Virus record (IMG/VR): IMGVR_UViG_3300032053_000013
Coordinates: 58,286 to 122,285 of that record
Reading direction: 5' to 3' (one strand)
Length of the DNA stretch: 64,000 bases
Source: a virus
A program made the translations under genes and the position numbers. A model generated the notes under the pieces. That model did not search any database. It was given only the letters and a program-made list of their open reading frames with translations, and was not told the DNA's origin. Shown piece after piece: positions 62,499-64,000 of this stretch. Each line of letters starts with the position of its first letter. Positions within the stretch are counted from its first letter, which is position 1.

Positions 62499-62687
62499 AT
62501 GACAACCGATAAGCAACAGGCAATCGGGCTATTGAAGAGCATACGGTCTACGCTGGACCGGATCGAGATAGCCTTCGACAAAGACGAGGTGATGGCTGCC
62601 GTGAAGGTTCAGTATCTGTCCGAAGATGTGAATACACTTGTCTACCTCATAGGGCTTAAGAACGGAAGAGTATTAGGTAAAGAGTAA
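62499..62687 (+). CDS. Small hypothetical protein
   Basis: AAGGTG RBS. Confidence 0.6.
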   Translation: MTTDKQQAIGLLKSIRSTLDRIEIAFDKDEVMAAVKVQYLSEDVNTLVYLIGLKNGRVLGKE

Positions 62688-62719
62688 GACAGTTTCCGAA
62701 TTGTGAACAGGAGGACAAG

Positions 62720-63073
62720 ATGAAAGTCGAACTGGAAATCAAGGACGACAAGGAACTCCGCGCCGTCATCAAGGACATGATTCGTGGGCAGGTGACGAGC
62801 ATCGTCCGCGAGGAAATCAAGAATCTCGTGGCTAAGGAAGTGGAAAAGAAGACCGACCCCAAGGTGCTCTCCACGGAGATCCAGCGGTTTTTCCGCGATA
62901 GCAGGATGACCACGAGCCTGGAAGGCAAGGTCAACGACGCGGTTCACGCCCTCGTGACAGAAGAGATCAAGGAAAGCATCGAACGTCGCGTACGAGAATC
63001 GAATAGCATGACTGCGGACTTCGTAGATGCGCGGGTTCGCAGGGTGCTCCGCGAGTTGAAGGTTACACTCTGA
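62720..63073 (+). CDS. Hypothetical protein
   Basis: AGGAGG RBS. Confidence 0.7.
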   Translation: MKVELEIKDDKELRAVIKDMIRGQVTSIVREEIKNLVAKEVEKKTDPKVLSTEIQRFFRDSRMTTSLEGKVNDAVHALVTEEIKESIERRVRESNSMTADFVDARVRRVLRELKVTL

Positions 63074-63092
63074 GAAATCTGCAAGGTGAAGC

Positions 63093-63302
63093 ATGACCAA
63101 AGAAGAAATAAAAGAGGTTCGCAAGGCGTTGGCGATGGCGATGCTCTGCCTTGGTGGTCTTGAAACGGTGGCTCAGGAAGGGTTGGGGTTCCTGCTGACG
63201 AAAGAATCGGATGCTCACAAATCGTTCGCCAGAGGAATGGAAGAACTGCGCGAAGCGTGCAAGTTGCTTGGAATGGACAAGGCGTTTACCAATACACCCT
63301 GA
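63093..63302 (+). CDS. Small hypothetical protein
   Basis: AAGGTG RBS. Confidence 0.6.
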   Translation: MTKEEIKEVRKALAMAMLCLGGLETVAQEGLGFLLTKESDAHKSFARGMEELREACKLLGMDKAFTNTP

Positions 63303-63324
63303 GAAGAATGTATAGAGGTGAAAC

Positions 63325-63549
63325 ATGGATAAAGTGTTCGACCCTGACTTGATCCAGAAACAGATCGACAGCATCAGCGCAGCAGACCTTGGGTTCTTGC
63401 TGGCGGAAGTGATTAGCGATCACCCGTCAAGCAGCAACTGGATGCTCGTCGGTTGGGCCATCGAAAAGGAGACGGGATGGGAACCGGAGCACGATCAAAT
63501 CCAAGCATTGATCGCTCGCATAAGCGGACGCAAGGCTGATGCAGTTTGA
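63325..63549 (+). CDS. Small hypothetical protein
   Basis: GAGGTG RBS. Confidence 0.6.
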   Translation: MDKVFDPDLIQKQIDSISAADLGFLLAEVISDHPSSSNWMLVGWAIEKETGWEPEHDQIQALIARISGRKADAV

Positions 63550-63655
63550 ATGCTAAGTTAAACCCAACACTCGCAGGGGCGAACGCCCGGCCTTGTCGGC
63601 CGGGCAAACAAACGACGGCGCGAGCCGAGGCGATACAAATCAGGGGAAGTGAACG

Positions 63656-63871
63656 ATGGAATCGAAAGGCAAGTGGTTCTGGAAGCAGGAATGGTATTCC
63701 GTTTGCTCGGCTCATTCTATTCGTGATCCTTCTTGCGACTGCTGTAATGTAGGATCTTGGCACTATGCTGTTGCGACGAAGATCGAACATCTTGTGTTTA
63801 GATTATTCCCGAACCTGTGGAGATGGATTGCGCATCATCGACAGCCGAGGTGGGAACACTGGAAGAAGTAA
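63656..63871 (+). CDS. Small hypothetical protein (Trp/Cys-rich)
   Basis: CSAH..CDCC. Confidence 0.5.
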   Translation: MESKGKWFWKQEWYSVCSAHSIRDPSCDCCNVGSWHYAVATKIEHLVFRLFPNLWRWIAHHRQPRWEHWKK

Positions 63872-63890
63872 GACAGAAGAGACGAGGTGA

Positions 63891-64000
63891 ATGATGATAG
63901 CGATGATCGAAGAGCTGCAAGATGTCGGGGACATGACGATTGAGTATGACAAGATCACCAACTCTTGGGAGCTAACCGTTGCCGAATGCGGCCTCAGAAA
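63891..64000 (+). CDS. Hypothetical protein, 3' truncated by window
   Basis: GAGGTG RBS, open to window end. Confidence 0.45.
   Translation, partial: MMIAMIEELQDVGDMTIEYDKITNSWELTVAECGLR

Larger units (their letters stand above)
1..64000 (+). mobile_element. Segment of a large tailed bacteriophage genome
   Basis: Co-oriented tail/baseplate genes, phage-type replication set, dense small ORFs, no host housekeeping operons. Confidence 0.92.

Overview
This is a 64-kb segment of a large, very GC-rich tailed bacteriophage. All supported genes lie on the + strand, and I see no host housekeeping genes, integrase or CRISPR array. 1-20.5 kb is a late/structural module: a giant Gly/Thr fibre, two beta-helix spike-like proteins, a DUF3751-like and a DUF6519-like baseplate protein, a 1943-aa Cys-rich protein and a metacaspase, closed by a strong terminator. 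20.6-34.4 kb holds early genes driven by a repeated TTGACG-N16-TATAAT promoter: SWIM, MoxR-type AAA+ ATPase plus a stand-alone copy of its C-terminal domain, HExxH/vWA, topoisomerase Zn-ribbon, DksA/TraR, an intein-containing C5 methyltransferase, two ParB-like proteins and Vsr. 34.4-55 kb is a replication/recombination module: HTH initiator with internal iterons, DnaC, class II RNR, DnaB, DnaG, SSB, PolA, SF2 helicase, RecA, resolvase and a Cas4-like nuclease. Many small unknown ORFs follow. The most striking unexplained element is a tandem array of three CCA-ended tRNA-shaped RNAs between ssb and polA (44555-44832); only one is a normal tRNA (Arg-CCU), the other two have a replaced or missing anticodon arm. 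Product calls come from recognised motifs only; no database search or folding program was run, and start codons are best estimates.
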